From: the human T2T-CHM13v2.0 reference genome, Homo sapiens
Reading direction: 5' to 3' (one strand)
NCBI RefSeq assembly: GCF_009914755.1
Contig: NC_060937.1
DNA length: 64,000 nt
The position numbers and the translations under genes are program-made. Within the stretch, counting starts at the first letter, position 1, and every line of letters starts with the position of its first letter. Below the pieces are notes generated by a model that had not been told where the DNA came from, searched no databases, and worked only from the letters and a program-made list of their open reading frames with translations. Shown piece by piece: positions 30,101 to 43,339 of this stretch.

Positions 30101-31071
30101 GCCAGGAAGACTTTCTCATAGGGCTCATCAGGAATTAGAATCACTGATGTGAATCCATATGTGTGCTAACAACTAGGTGGTCCATAAACTAGATAGCATT
30201 AATGCAACCTGGCAGGAAGCCATCATTGTGCATAGAGTGGCGATTGATTAATCGATCGATTGATCAATAAACAATAGCAACACAAACTTCATATTTATGT
30301 TTTGTACATCCAGAATTACCAAAAAACCACAATGTGTTGTGTCCGTGCATGTTCCTGTGTGTATAGGGCATATTTTAACATTATTCACCTCTTACCATAT
30401 GCCAGCTACTTACACTAGGTGTTTAAAGCTGTACATGTTCCTGAGAGAGTGATTGATTTGGTTTTATATTCTTGAAAATGGCACATCCCCTTACTTTAAA
30501 GGCAGATTCTGTGTATTTCAAAGCAGATCCATTATAAGTATGTAAATATTCCTGTACAGAGGCTAGAAATTCATAGCTTTTACCAAGGTGGATTCTCACT
30601 TCAGTGACTCATATTTAAACTCACTGCTAAAATGTTTCTTCTAAATGAAGTAGTATTTAAGCTGTAATTTCTAGCTGAGGAAGACAACTATTTCCTGATG
30701 AGACGCTTAGGGATCTTGTTTTACATTCTGTGTGCACATATTGAAAATTCACATTTGATTAAAGTTCGGAATGTCAAGCACACTGCCCAAATAAAAGGCA
30801 AATCCTCATAATGGTACAGCAAGGTAAAATTTAAATGATGTGTTCGACTGGGTAAACATATTAGAAAGCTGTCTGAAATATGTATTTAACTAGCAGAAAG
30901 AACTATTTTATTCTAATGAATGAAAAATATCCATTCTTGTGTGTGCATGTGTGTATGTATATATATATATATATGTCCGTTTATAATTTAAATGCTAAAT
31001 TTGGAAATACTCCAGTCTTTCACATGATTGATAACATACATTTACTAACTCCTATGGCGGTTTTATTTATG

Positions 31072-31386
<315 letters not shown>

Positions 31387-33649
31387 TTATGTTTTAAGGA
31401 ATGAAATTAAATATAGAAACTGAATCTAGGTGACACTGAATTTGTAATATACGCTGACAAGTGCTAACATAGGACTGGCAGGAACAGACACAGACCTTAA
31501 ATAATCTTATTTCCTATGTCCTGCTTTTGTTGTGTAAGCGTTCCACAGCATTGATGTTACTTAAACTTGGCTTTGGAAATTCTGCAGTTACAGTTATTAG
31601 ATAGGCAAATTATGTCTATTCCTTTTATCCCAGACTCAGAAAGTGCTGTCGTTTTATGGCTTGCAAATGCTTCATAAGCCTCATGCTTTTCTGGGGAGGT
31701 TCCTAGTTAATAAGTAAATTAAATTTTTAAAAATAGGCTGAATATTTTATCACTGTGGCATTATAAACATTTGTCATCCATGTAGGGAACATTTTTTCTT
31801 CAGGCTCTGATTTACAATTCATAATTGTTTCCTGTCTTATCCTTGTTCTCTCTCAATGGTACAAGATGGAGAAAAGATAGTTTCAGAGTGTAGACATTTT
31901 AATCAGTATTCAAATGGAATTAGAAGGCCCCAAGGTTTTCTGTGTGTATGCATGGAAATTCATCTCCACCAACCACCATTAGCAACAGCTGAAATCATAG
32001 GTGACTTCTCAAGAGAGAAAGTATTAAAATATCATTTAGGTCATGCACGTCAAGCTAATTTTGGCATCATGTAATTCAGGGTTGATATTATTTAGATCGT
32101 TTCTTTTTTGATATAACTACATGGGTAAATACAGCCTCTCGTTAGGGTTAAGCAATTGTGTCTTTAGCTCCGAAATCCCTTTACACTCAAATATGGCAGT
32201 AGGAATTCATTTGTTGGAGGAACTGTTCTTTCTCTTTTTAAACAGCTTTATCAAGATACATTTTATGTACTATAAAAGTTCACCCGTTTGTAGAGGCCAA
32301 GTTTTTAGTATATTTACGGTGTTAGCAAGCACCACTGTTCCCATAATCTAATTATGGAACATTTTTGTCACACAAAAAGAAAACTTAGGCCCATCAGCAG
32401 TCATTCTCCAGCCCCCACACCTGCTTCCATCACTCCCTTGCCCCATCCCCTGACAACCACTAATCTACTTTCTGTCTCTATGGATTTGCCTATTCTGGAC
32501 ATTTTATATATAAATGGAATCATACAATATATGGTCTATGAGTAGCTTTTGTCATTTAGCATAATGTTTTCAAAGTTCATCCATGATGCAGTATGTATCC
32601 AAATTTTATTCCTTTTAATTGGTGAATAATATTTTGCTGTACAGATATACCACATTCTGTTTACTCATTCATCATTTGGAGAATATTTGGATTGTTTCCA
32701 GTTTGAAGGTACTATGAAGGATGCTATAGACATTTGTGCAAAAGTTTTTTGGGTGATGTATATTTTCATTTCTCTTGAGCATGTAACTAAAAGTAGAATT
32801 GCTAGATCACATGGTAGTTTTATGTTTAATCTTTTGAGGAACTGCCAAACTGTTTTTCCAATGTGGCTGTACTATTATACATCCCTATTAGCAATATATA
32901 AATGTTTCAATGTCTTCACATGTACACCCACACTGGTTATTATCTGTCTTTTTTATTATTGTCATCTTAATGGTGTGAAGCAGTATCATATTTTGATTTG
33001 CATTTCCCTAATAATTAATGATGTTGAGCATGTTTTGTTGAGTCTGTTAGCCATTTGCGTATCTTCTTTGGAAAAATGTCTACTCAAATCTTTTGCCTGT
33101 TCTTTAACAGGGTTGTTTGTCCTTTTTTTGTGGAGTTGTGTATATGCTGGATACTAGACTCTTATCAGATATATGATTTACAAATATTTTCTCCCATCTA
33201 TTGGTTATCATGTTACTTTCCTGACAGTGTCCTTTGATACACAAAAGTTTTCATTTTTATGCATTTTTATGAAGTCCTATTTATTTTTTCTTTTGGTGTC
33301 ATACTAAGAATTCATTCTTAAATCCAAGATCATCAAGATTTACCCCATATGTTTCTTTCATTTGCTCTTATATTTAGGTCATAGATCCATTTAGAGTTAG
33401 TTTTTGTAGATGGTATGAGGTAGGGTAGGTTCCAGCTGCATTTTTTTGCATGCAGATATCCAGTTGACTCATATTGAGTTGGTGAGGATATTATCCTTTC
33501 CTCCTTGAATGGTCTTTGCACGCTTGTTGAAAATCAATTGGCCATAAATGTGTGGGTTCATTTCTGGTGTCTCAGTTCTATTTCACTGATCTGTATGTCT
33601 GTTCTTACACCAGTACCACTGTGTCATTGTTGCTATTTTACAAAAATGC

Positions 33650-34215
33650 ATAACACTCTTAGAATTTTTTGACAGTACATTGTTGTTAACTATCTACACA
33701 TTGTCATACAGTACATCTCTAGAATATTTCCATCTTGCATGACTGAAACTCTATATCCATTGAACAGCCACTCCCATTTTCTTCATCCCCTATCCCCAGG
33801 TAACTGTCATTGTGATCTCTGCTTCCATGAGTTTTTCTACTCTAGATACTTCATATAAGTAGAATCATGCGGTATCTGTCCTTTTGTGACTGGCTTATTT
33901 TACGTAGCATAATGCCCTTGAGGTTCACTCATGATGTAGCATATGATAGGATTTCTTTCTTTTTTAAAGCTGAATAATATTCCATTTATTTTATACCATA
34001 TTTTTTCTCATTCATTCATTGATGGACATTTAAGATGTTTGTACCTCTTAGCTATTTGAATAATGTTTCAGTGAATGAGAATCTAATGCCTCCACTGATC
34101 TGACAGGAGACGGAGCTCACACAGTAACAATTGAAGCATTGTTTTCAATGTTCTCTGAGAACCTGTTTTCAATTTTTTGGAATAAATACCCAGAAGTGGC
34201 ATTGCTAGGTAGTAC
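33650..34215 (-). mobile_element. Second L1 (L1MA9/MB-like) 3' fragment nested in the host L1M
   Basis: A second 3'UTR: catcttgcatgactgaaactctatatccattgaaca...catataagtagaatcatgcggtatctgtccttttgtgactggc. Confidence 0.7.
34075..34128 (-). mobile_element. Isolated 54-bp internal MER1 fragment
   Basis: atgagaatctaatgcctccactgatctgacaggagacggagctcacacagtaac is the reverse complement of MER1B internal sequence (compare about 36506-36558); no TIRs. Confidence 0.8.
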
Positions 34216-34565
34216 TATACCATATTAGTTACTTTAGCTTTGTAGTGCATTTGAAGTCAGGAAATGTGAGTCCTCCAACGTAGCTTCTCTTTTTCAAGAT
34301 TGTTTGACTGTTTGGGCATTTGCAATTTTATATGAACTTGAGGGAAAGCTGTTAGAATTTTGAAAGAGATTGCGGTGAATCTATAAATTGCTTTAAGTAG
34401 TATTGCTATTTTAACAAAATATGTCTTCTAGTCCATAAACATGGGATGTATTTCCATTGAATTAGGTCATTTGTAATTTCCTTCAGCAATGTTCTGTAGT
34501 TTTCCATGTAAAATTCTATCATTTCTTAGTTGATTTATTCCCAGGTATTTTTAAGATGCTAATGA

Positions 34566-34869
<304 letters not shown>

Positions 34870-35024
34870 AGTTTTCTTAACTTTCTTTTCCCATTGTTCA
34901 TTGCTACTGTATAGAAACCCAACACATTTTTGTGTGGTTAATCTTGTACCCTGTAACTTTGCTAGATTTATTTATTAGCTCCAGAAGGTTTTTTTATGGA
35001 TTCTTTGGGATTTCCTATATACAC

Positions 35025-35365
35025 TGTATTAGTCCATTTTTATACTGCCATGAAGAAGTATGACTGGGTAATTTATAAAGGAAAGAGGTTTAATGGACTC
35101 ACATTGCTGGGGAGGCCTCACAATCATGGCAGAAGGCAAAAGAGAAGCAACGGTACATCTTACATGGTGGCAGGCAAGAGAGCTTGTTCAGGGAAGTCCC
35201 ACTTATAAAACCATCAGATCTTGTGAGACTTATTCACTACCATGAGAACAGTATGGGGAAAACCATCCCCATGATTCAAAATTATCTCCTAGGCCTGCCC
35301 TTGATAGGTGGGGAGTTTTACAATTCAAGGTGAGATTTGGGTGAGGACACAGCCAAACCATATGT
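35025..35365 (-). mobile_element. THE1 (B/C-like) solo LTR
   Basis: tgtattagtccatttt...gaggcctcacaatcatggcagaaggc...gagatttgggtgaggacacagccaaaccata. Confidence 0.88.
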
Positions 35366-35399
35366 TATAGGATCATGTAATCTGTGAGCAGAGAGAGTT

Positions 35400-35678
35400 T
35401 TTATTGTTGTTGTTCTTGTTGTTTTTATTTTTTGAGACAGAGTCTCACTCTGTCACCCAGGCTGGAGTGCAGTGGCACCACCTTGGCTCACTGCAACCTC
35501 TGCCTCCCAAGTTCAAGCAATTATCTGTCTCAGCCTTCCGAGTAGCTGGGATTACAGGCACCCACCACGACACCCAGCAAATTTTTGTATTTTTAGTAGA
35601 GATGGGGTTTCACCATCTTGGCTAGGCTGGTCTTGAACTCCTGACCTTGTGATCCACCCGCCTCAGCCTCCCAAAGTG
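35400..35678 (-). mobile_element. AluS, 5'-truncated
   Basis: (TTG)-type tail then antisense Alu ending at ctcccaaagtg. Confidence 0.88.
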
Positions 35679-36026
35679 GCTACAATTTTCAATACAGTGT
35701 TAAACAGCAGTGATGAAAGCAAGCTTCCTTGTCCTTATCTTAGAGAGAAATCTTTCAGTCTTATATCATTGAATATGATGTTAGCTGTGAGTTTTCATAA
35801 ATGTCCATTATCATGTTTAGAGAATTCCCTTCTATTCCTACTTTTCTGTATATTTTTATCATAAAAGTGTGGTGGATTTCATTAAATTTCTTTTCTGCAT
35901 AATTTAGATGATTGTGTGTGTTTTTCCTTTGTTCTCTTACTAGACACGTATTATATTGACAGTTTCTTATGTTGAATCACCCTTAACTTTCTGGGAGAAA
36001 TCTCATTTGGTTAGTGTGTAGTATAA

Positions 36027-36327
<301 letters not shown>

Positions 36328-36419
36328 GTATAATCCTTTTAATATGCTCTTGGATTTGCTTTGATAGTGTTTTGTTAAAGACTTTTTAGTCAACATATAT
36401 AAGGGGTATTTGTCTATAG

Positions 36420-36747
36420 CAGGGGTCCCCAACCCCCCAGCCGTGGACTGTGGCCTGTTAGGAACGGGTTCACACAGCAGGACATGAGCACCTGATGAGT
36501 GAGCATTACCACCTGAACTCCACCTCCTGTCAGATCAGTGGGGCAATAGATTCTTATAGGAGTGTGGACCCTATTGTGAACTGCATATGCAAGGGATCTA
36601 GGTTGCATGCTCCTTATGAGAATCTAACTAATGCTTGATGATCCGAGGTGGAACAGTTTCATCCCACAACCATTCCCCCACCCCCACACCTGTCCACGGA
36701 AAAATTGTCTTCCACGAAACTTGTGCCAAAAGGGTTGGAGACTGCTG
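36420..36747 (+). mobile_element. MER1B (hAT-Charlie MITE), near full length
   Basis: TIRs caggggtccccaacc / ggttggagactgctg; 8-bp TSD gtctatag / gtctgcag. Confidence 0.9.
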
Positions 36748-37077
36748 GTCTGCAGTTTTCTTTCCTTATTATGTCTTTGTCTGGCTTTGGTATCAGGTAG
36801 TGCTGCTCTCTCAGAATGAGTTAGGAAGTGTTACCTCATCTTCTGTTTTTTGGAAGAGTTTAAGAAGGATTTTTCTTGATTCTTCTTTAATGTTTGGTAG
36901 AATTTACAAGTTAAGCCATCTGGTCCAGAGTTTTTCTTTGTCCGGAGGTGTTTTATTACTGACTCCATGTCTTTACTTATTATAGGTCTATTCATGTTTT
37001 TTATTTCTTCATGATTCAGTCTTGGTAGGGTGTATCTTTCCAGGGATTTTTTGTATTAAGGTTATATAATTTGTGGG

Positions 37078-37538
37078 TGTATATTATATTACCACAAACT
37101 GAGTGGCTGAAAACAACAGAAACTATTTCATAGTTCAGGCGCTTAGAAGTCTGAAATCAGATTGTCAGAAGCCAAGAAGTCGGAACTCAGGTTGTCAGGT
37201 GGTTCTTTCTGGATGCTTGGAGGGAAACACTGTCCCATGCCTCTCTCCCGGCTTCTGGCGGGTGGTTGCCAGTAATCCTTGTTATTTCTTGCTTATCAAT
37301 GCATTGCTCCAGTCACTGCCTCAATCTTCACATCATCTTCTTCTTTGTGTCTCTGAGTGTCCTTTTCTGTCTCTTACAGGGACACTTTCACTGGATTTAG
37401 GGCTTATCCTAATGAAGTACGATCTTATCTAGATCCTTACTTTATTTATATTGGCAAATACCCTATTTCCTAATAAAGTCTTATTTGTAGGCTCTGGATG
37501 GACATGCATTTTGTCAGGATTCTATTTAATCCACCACA
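37078..37538 (-). mobile_element. MLT1B/C-like MaLR LTR
   Basis: ttaccacaaactgagtggctgaaaacaacagaaa...ccatgcctctctcccggcttctgg...accctatttcctaataaagtc. Confidence 0.8.
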
Positions 37539-38997
37539 GCGTACAACTGTTCATAGCATTTTTATATAATCATCTTTATCTCTGTAAGATTGAGAGTAAT
37601 GTTCCTTCTTTCACTTCTGATTTTAGTTACTTTTTCTTTTCTCTCTTTGATAGTCAGCCTAGCTGAAAATTGGTCGATTTGGTTGATCTTTTCAAAGAAC
37701 CAGTTGTTGGTTCCATTGACTTTCTCTGCTGTTTCTCTATTTGCTTTTTTTGTTTATTTTCACTCTAATCTTTATTATTTCTTTTCTTCCACTAGCTTTG
37801 GGCTTAGTTTTTTCCTTTTTTTCTAGTTCCTTAAGGTATAAAGTGAGGTTATTGATTTGAAATCTTTCTTCTCTTTTAACATAGGCATTTATGGCTATAA
37901 GTTTTGGCATGTTGTGTTTTCATTTTCATTCATCTAAGTATTTTCTATTTTCCCTAGTGATTTATTCCTTAACCCATTGTTTGTATGAAACGTATGTGGT
38001 TTAATTTTCACGTCCTTGTGAACTTTTCAGTTTTCCCTCTGTTACTGATTTCTAGCTTCATTCCTTTGTGGTCAGAGAATATACTTTGTACGATTGCAAT
38101 CTTTTCAAATTTAAGACTTGAAATTTAGTAATGCTTTTTCGACTGAAATTTATCAGTCTCTTTCTTGACTAAGTGCTCTTCTGGTTGCTGTATGTTTTTA
38201 TTAGATTCCAGTGTTCTGAAAAGTTGATTCTGTCATGTCATTTTTTGCTAGTTTTGCTCTTTTCTTCAGTGGCGGGACTAATTATTGGCACTGTGTCTGC
38301 CATTTGTGTGACATCACTCATCTTCCATGCTTATCTTACAGGCGTCTGTTACATGCCTTCCTTCAAGAGCCCTCCCTGTCTACTCTGGCTTCTCAGTTCT
38401 AAGCTAATTGTCCTTTTATGGGTTCCCTTTACATTGCATTTCCCCAAGATAATAATTATTTCCCTCAAATGACTGAACATGAACATATTCTGGGCATCCC
38501 AATAATGGCACTAGGTTTCTTCTTTCATCCCAGTAAATGGATGAATGAAGGTTGCACAAATGAATAAAGATGAAATAAATTTAATTTCCCATGAGCTTAC
38601 TACAAAGCCTATTTATAGGTTACTATTAAAGAATCAAAATCAGAAATATTTAACACAAAAGATACTTTACATGTAATTTAATCATTCTTTAGGATCTGGT
38701 GATATAAGATTATGAGGAAAATCAAAAGATCATAATCACAAGAGTCATCTTAAATGACATATTATGACTCATTATGACTCTTATGAGTCATCATTTAATG
38801 TGACTGTACATTAGAAACTGTGGAAGAAAGCATCAACTCTTGCCCAAAAGGACATTTAGAATGTATTCTAGCTGAATGTTTTACTTACATTAACTTATCT
38901 ATCTTTTGAGAGCAGAAGATAGATATGTTTATTTGATTATTTTGGTTATATGATTTTCATAGAAACAAGCATCTGCTAGGTGTATGTTCATTGTGTG

Positions 38998-39017
38998 TAT
39001 ATATATATATATATATA
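38998..39017. repeat. (TA)10 microsatellite
   Basis: Directly visible. Confidence 0.9.
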
Positions 39018-39699
39018 CTTTTAACTTTCACATATTTTCTTGCTTATTTAATATTTTAAGAAACAGTCACGTGTTACATTGGCTACTATTAGGAATAGCT
39101 AATGTGAGCATCCATGCATCAATGCTGGTCCAGATATAGAAATCTTAAGTGTATTAGAGACCTGAAATGAAATATTATTACATGGCTAAGAACATGCTAT
39201 ACCTCAAGTCCCGTTTAGAAAACATAAGAATTACTTGCTAAAACATTTTGACATACATGGCTAGCCAGGTAGATAAGTCTCTGTCCTACCCCACAATACA
39301 GCTTTATTAAGGATTCTTTTTGTATTCCTTGATATGTTTCAATGTGTTGCACTTTAGCCATAAAAAAAAAATTAGTGAGTTTCCAAATGAACTCAATGAT
39401 TTTTGTTATTTTATTTACTTTTTGTTTATTTTACAAGGATCGTTGGTTATAAATTTTACTATATTTTCAAGACTAGTAAACTGTAATATCAATTACAAAA
39501 TAATAATGTATGTCAATCATTATACACAAGCAGAAAATTAAAAAATAACTAAATCCAAGATGTAATGAATTCTTATCAAAATCTCACTTAGTTGGCTCAC
39601 AAACTTGTGTCTGTCTTTTCAGTAGTGGGAAAATTAAATTGGAACAATTGACTATTTTCTTTTTTCCCAACTAATATTGTAAAAGATTATTGTTTTCAA

Positions 39700-40625
39700 A
39701 ATAAATTTTACTGTGTATCTTTAAGGTATATATCATGATGTTTAAGATACATGGACATAGCAAAATGGTTACTGTAGTGGAACAAATTAATATACCCATC
39801 ATCTTACCCAGTCACCCATCCCCTCTCAGAGAATCGCTGTAATCTTTTTCTTTAGCAAAAGTCCTGAATACAGTACACTAGTGTTAACTATAATCTTCAT
39901 TTTGTACATTAGATCTTTCAAATTGTTCATTCTACATAATTGCTACTTTTCATCCTTGACTTATATATCCCCATTTCCTGACCCAATCCTAACCCTTGTA
40001 ACCGCCATTTTATTCTCTATCTCTATATAATTGACCCTTTTTCCCCAGATGCCACAAATATTTGAAATCATGCAATATTTTTCTTTCTGTGTCTGGCTTT
40101 TTTCACTTAGGATAATGTCCTATATGTCCATTCATGTTGTGGCAGATGGCAGGAACTCCTTTTTTTAAGACTCAATAATATTTTATTGTGCATATATACC
40201 AACTTCTTTATCCATTCTTTCCATGATGCACACCTGTGTTATTTTCATATCTTGGCTATTGTGAATAAAGCTGCAATAAACATGGAAGTGCAGATATCTT
40301 TACAAGGTGGTGATTTCATTTCCTTTGGGTATATATAACCAGAAAAGGGATTACTGGACTTTATACTGGTTTTTATTTTTAGTTTCTTTAGGAACCTCCA
40401 TATTGTTTTCTTTAATGGCCACATCAATCCCTTTTCTCACCAACAATGTACAAGGGTTCCATTTTTCTCCACACCCTTGCCAACACTTGTTATCATCTGC
40501 TTTTATCCTAACAGGTGTGAGATGGCATCTCATAGTGCATTCCTCTGATGACTAATGATGTTGGGAACCTTTTCATGTTCCTGTTGGCCATTTTTGTGTC
40601 ATCTTTGGAGAAATGTCTTCATAAG
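39700..40625 (-). mobile_element. L1MA-type 3' fragment
   Basis: L1 3'UTR plus ORF2 C-terminal remnants on the minus strand (MRCHLTPVR...NKCWQG; [17 protein letters not shown]). Confidence 0.85.
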
Positions 40626-41164
40626 TCCTTGATAAAAGATTATGAATAGCATGTAAAAGTTAGGTGAGAGCTCAAATAAGTATTAAAAATAATGTTGTCA
40701 TCATCAGCTTATTCTTTGACCCAAGTTTATTTCCCAGTTTACTATGACTATCTGGAAAGTTACAGCTACATTATTTAAAAAATAAACAAAAATCCACATT
40801 ACCAACTAAAAAAATAATCTCAGCTTTTTATTTCTAAAGAGGGATTGTGTTCTTTATTGTTGCTAAAAGAATACATTTTTTTCAGTAATTTTTTTTCTAA
40901 AGGTCCATACATTTACAAATAGTCCACATAAGCCCTCTAAGCTTGAGGTGTTATTCTATTTTAAATTTTAAGTATGAGTTTTTAGAACTCTTTTCTTTAT
41001 TTTGGTTTTGCTAAACATATAGACTTATCTAATTTTTCAGAGTTTTTTTTTTTAATGTTGGATGTTTTACACAAACCAGTTGGTGGATCATTTTGGATCA
41101 TTGACATCTACTCAACTTAAATACTGGTATAAATATTATCCAGAGGAAACTCATGATAAACTTA

Positions 41165-41838
41165 AAAGTACATGATACACCCATGGAAAGGCTAAAATAG
41201 TGACAGTCACATACACTGTAAAAATTTGGATAAAACTGGAGGTCTCACATATTGCTGGTAGAAATGTAAAATGTTACAAACAAGCTGGAAACAGTTTAGC
41301 GATTTCTTACAAAACGAAACATACTCTTACCACCATGTGATCCAGCAATTGCACCCTTGGGCATTTCTTTCAGAGAAATGAAAATGTATATTTCTACAAA
41401 AACTTGTACATAAATCCGCATAGCAACTTTATTCCTAATAAGAAAGTAATGGAAACAACCCAGATATCCTTCAGTGGGAGAGTAGTTAAATAAATTCTGA
41501 TACATCCAAATAATGGAATACTACTCAGCAATAAAAAGAGATGAACTATTAATATATGCAACAAGTTGGATGGACCTTGAGGGCATTATGCTCAGAAAAA
41601 AAAAGTCAAGCTCAAAAGGTTACTTATTGTATGGTTTTATTTATATAGAATTCTTGAAATGACAAAATTATAGAGTTGGAAAATAGATTAGTGGTTGCCA
41701 GGTGATGGGGACATTAGATGAGGCGAAGGTAGCAAAAGGGAGTTCTTTTATGGTGATAGAACAGTTCTGTATGTTGATTGTGGTGGTGGTGGTTCCACAA
41801 ATGAATACATGAAATAAAATAGCATAGAACTGTGTATA

Positions 41839-41877
<39 letters not shown>

Positions 41878-42082
41878 GTGAATACAGGTTCATAAACTCT
41901 AAAATCTGAGGTCTACAGACTAGTTAATAGCAATGTACTAATGTCACTTTCCTCATTTTTATATTACACAACAGCTATATAAGATGTCACTATTGAGGCA
42001 AGTTGAAGGAAGGATACACAGGAGTTTATTATTTTTTAAACTATTTTTGAGCTTATATTAATTTCAAAATGAAAAGATTTTA
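41165..42082 (+). mobile_element. Old L1MC/ME-type 3' fragment, sense orientation
   Basis: attgctggtagaaatgtaaaat...ggaaacaacccagatatccttcagtggg...aatggaatactactcagcaataaaaag...gattagtggttgccagg. Confidence 0.8.
41841..41876. repeat. (CA)18 microsatellite
   Basis: Directly counted. Confidence 0.95.
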
Positions 42083-43249
42083 AAGAGTATCTATTGTGCA
42101 ATTATAAAACACTATGAAAAATAGAGATGTCTCCTCACACAATTGGCATTTAAAGCAACATTTTCAGAAGCTTACTTTTAAAAGTCTTCAGTTTGAAGTG
42201 ATGATTTTTATTTTAATTCAAGCATGCCCTTGTGTAAGCTCAAAAGATGTGATTTGTGAACATGAAAGCTTCGACTCTGATCCCCTGGGCTCCATTTTCT
42301 TCTTCTTCAACTGCCCTTTATTTGACCAGGAAGGATATCATTTCCAGAAGTACTAGGAGACCCACATTTAACTTGAACAACATTGTTCTTTCAGATTATT
42401 AAGGCTGTTCAATTTTCTCTGTTGGTTGCTACCCCGAGTTGGAGACTCTTCTGAAATGTCAGACTGAGAAAATAGTACTGGTTCCAACACAATGAAAAAA
42501 ACAAATGAAAAGCTTTGGAATGAATGCAATCAATAGCCTTTGAAAACAAAGTTAAAAAGCAACAATTGAATGCTAAGATGTATAAAATCATCTTGTTCTT
42601 TTTTTTAATTTGAATATCAATGTGGCCAAGAAATGGGGAAGCACAATAGAGCATTTGATTCAATAAGCACTTAACAAATACCCAAGTCATCATTGTAATA
42701 CCTTATATGATGTGCATGTTGTGCATAGCACAAGGTTATAAAATGCGTAGCAGTGAAAGTTATAAAAATGAATGAGACAGTCCTTGGCATCCAAGAGATC
42801 TCAAATTTATATCCCCAATATTGGCAAATGCTCTAGGTTCTAATACCAGAACACTGAGTGAGAAGCACAGCATCATTTAATACCAATGGTGAGATAACCA
42901 AAACCCAACAGATTCAAACGTAGAAATACCTTAGTTAGCCCAAGTGAAAATTGGGTAGTCTTTGGAGAAAAGCATCAGTCAGGAGAGAAATTGCAAGGCT
43001 GTAGAAAATAAAATCCTGTGGTAAAGGTTTGCAAGTTAGTAACCATGCCCAGTAAGTTTGCAAGATAGCAACCATGCCAATAAGGAAAATGTGTAAGAAT
43101 TTTAAATTTCACATTAATATTGTCTGAGGAATGCAAAATTCTTTTTCCTGTTTTTTTTTTTTTTCTTTTTTTGTGAATGGCTTGGGACACATGTGATAAA
43201 GGAAAATTCTGAAACAGTGCTGCTCAGTTACGGGTAAAACTTGGCACTA

Positions 43250-43339
43250 TCTCCCATCCAAGTACTAACCTGGCCCAACCCTCCTTAGCTTCCAAGATCA
43301 GGTGAGATTGGGTGCATTCAGCATGGTATGGCCTTGGAC
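43250..43339 (-). pseudogene. RNA5SP35: 5S rRNA retropseudogene, 5S nt 1-90, 3'-truncated
   Basis: Reverse complement gtccaaggccataccatgctgaatgcacccaatctcacctgatcttggaagctaaggagggttgggccaggttagtacttggatgggaga aligns to human 5S nt 1-90 with about 13 mismatches by hand. Flanked by 16-bp direct repeats. The symbol is from recollection of the GPC6 locus and is less certain than the 5S call. Confidence 0.92.
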
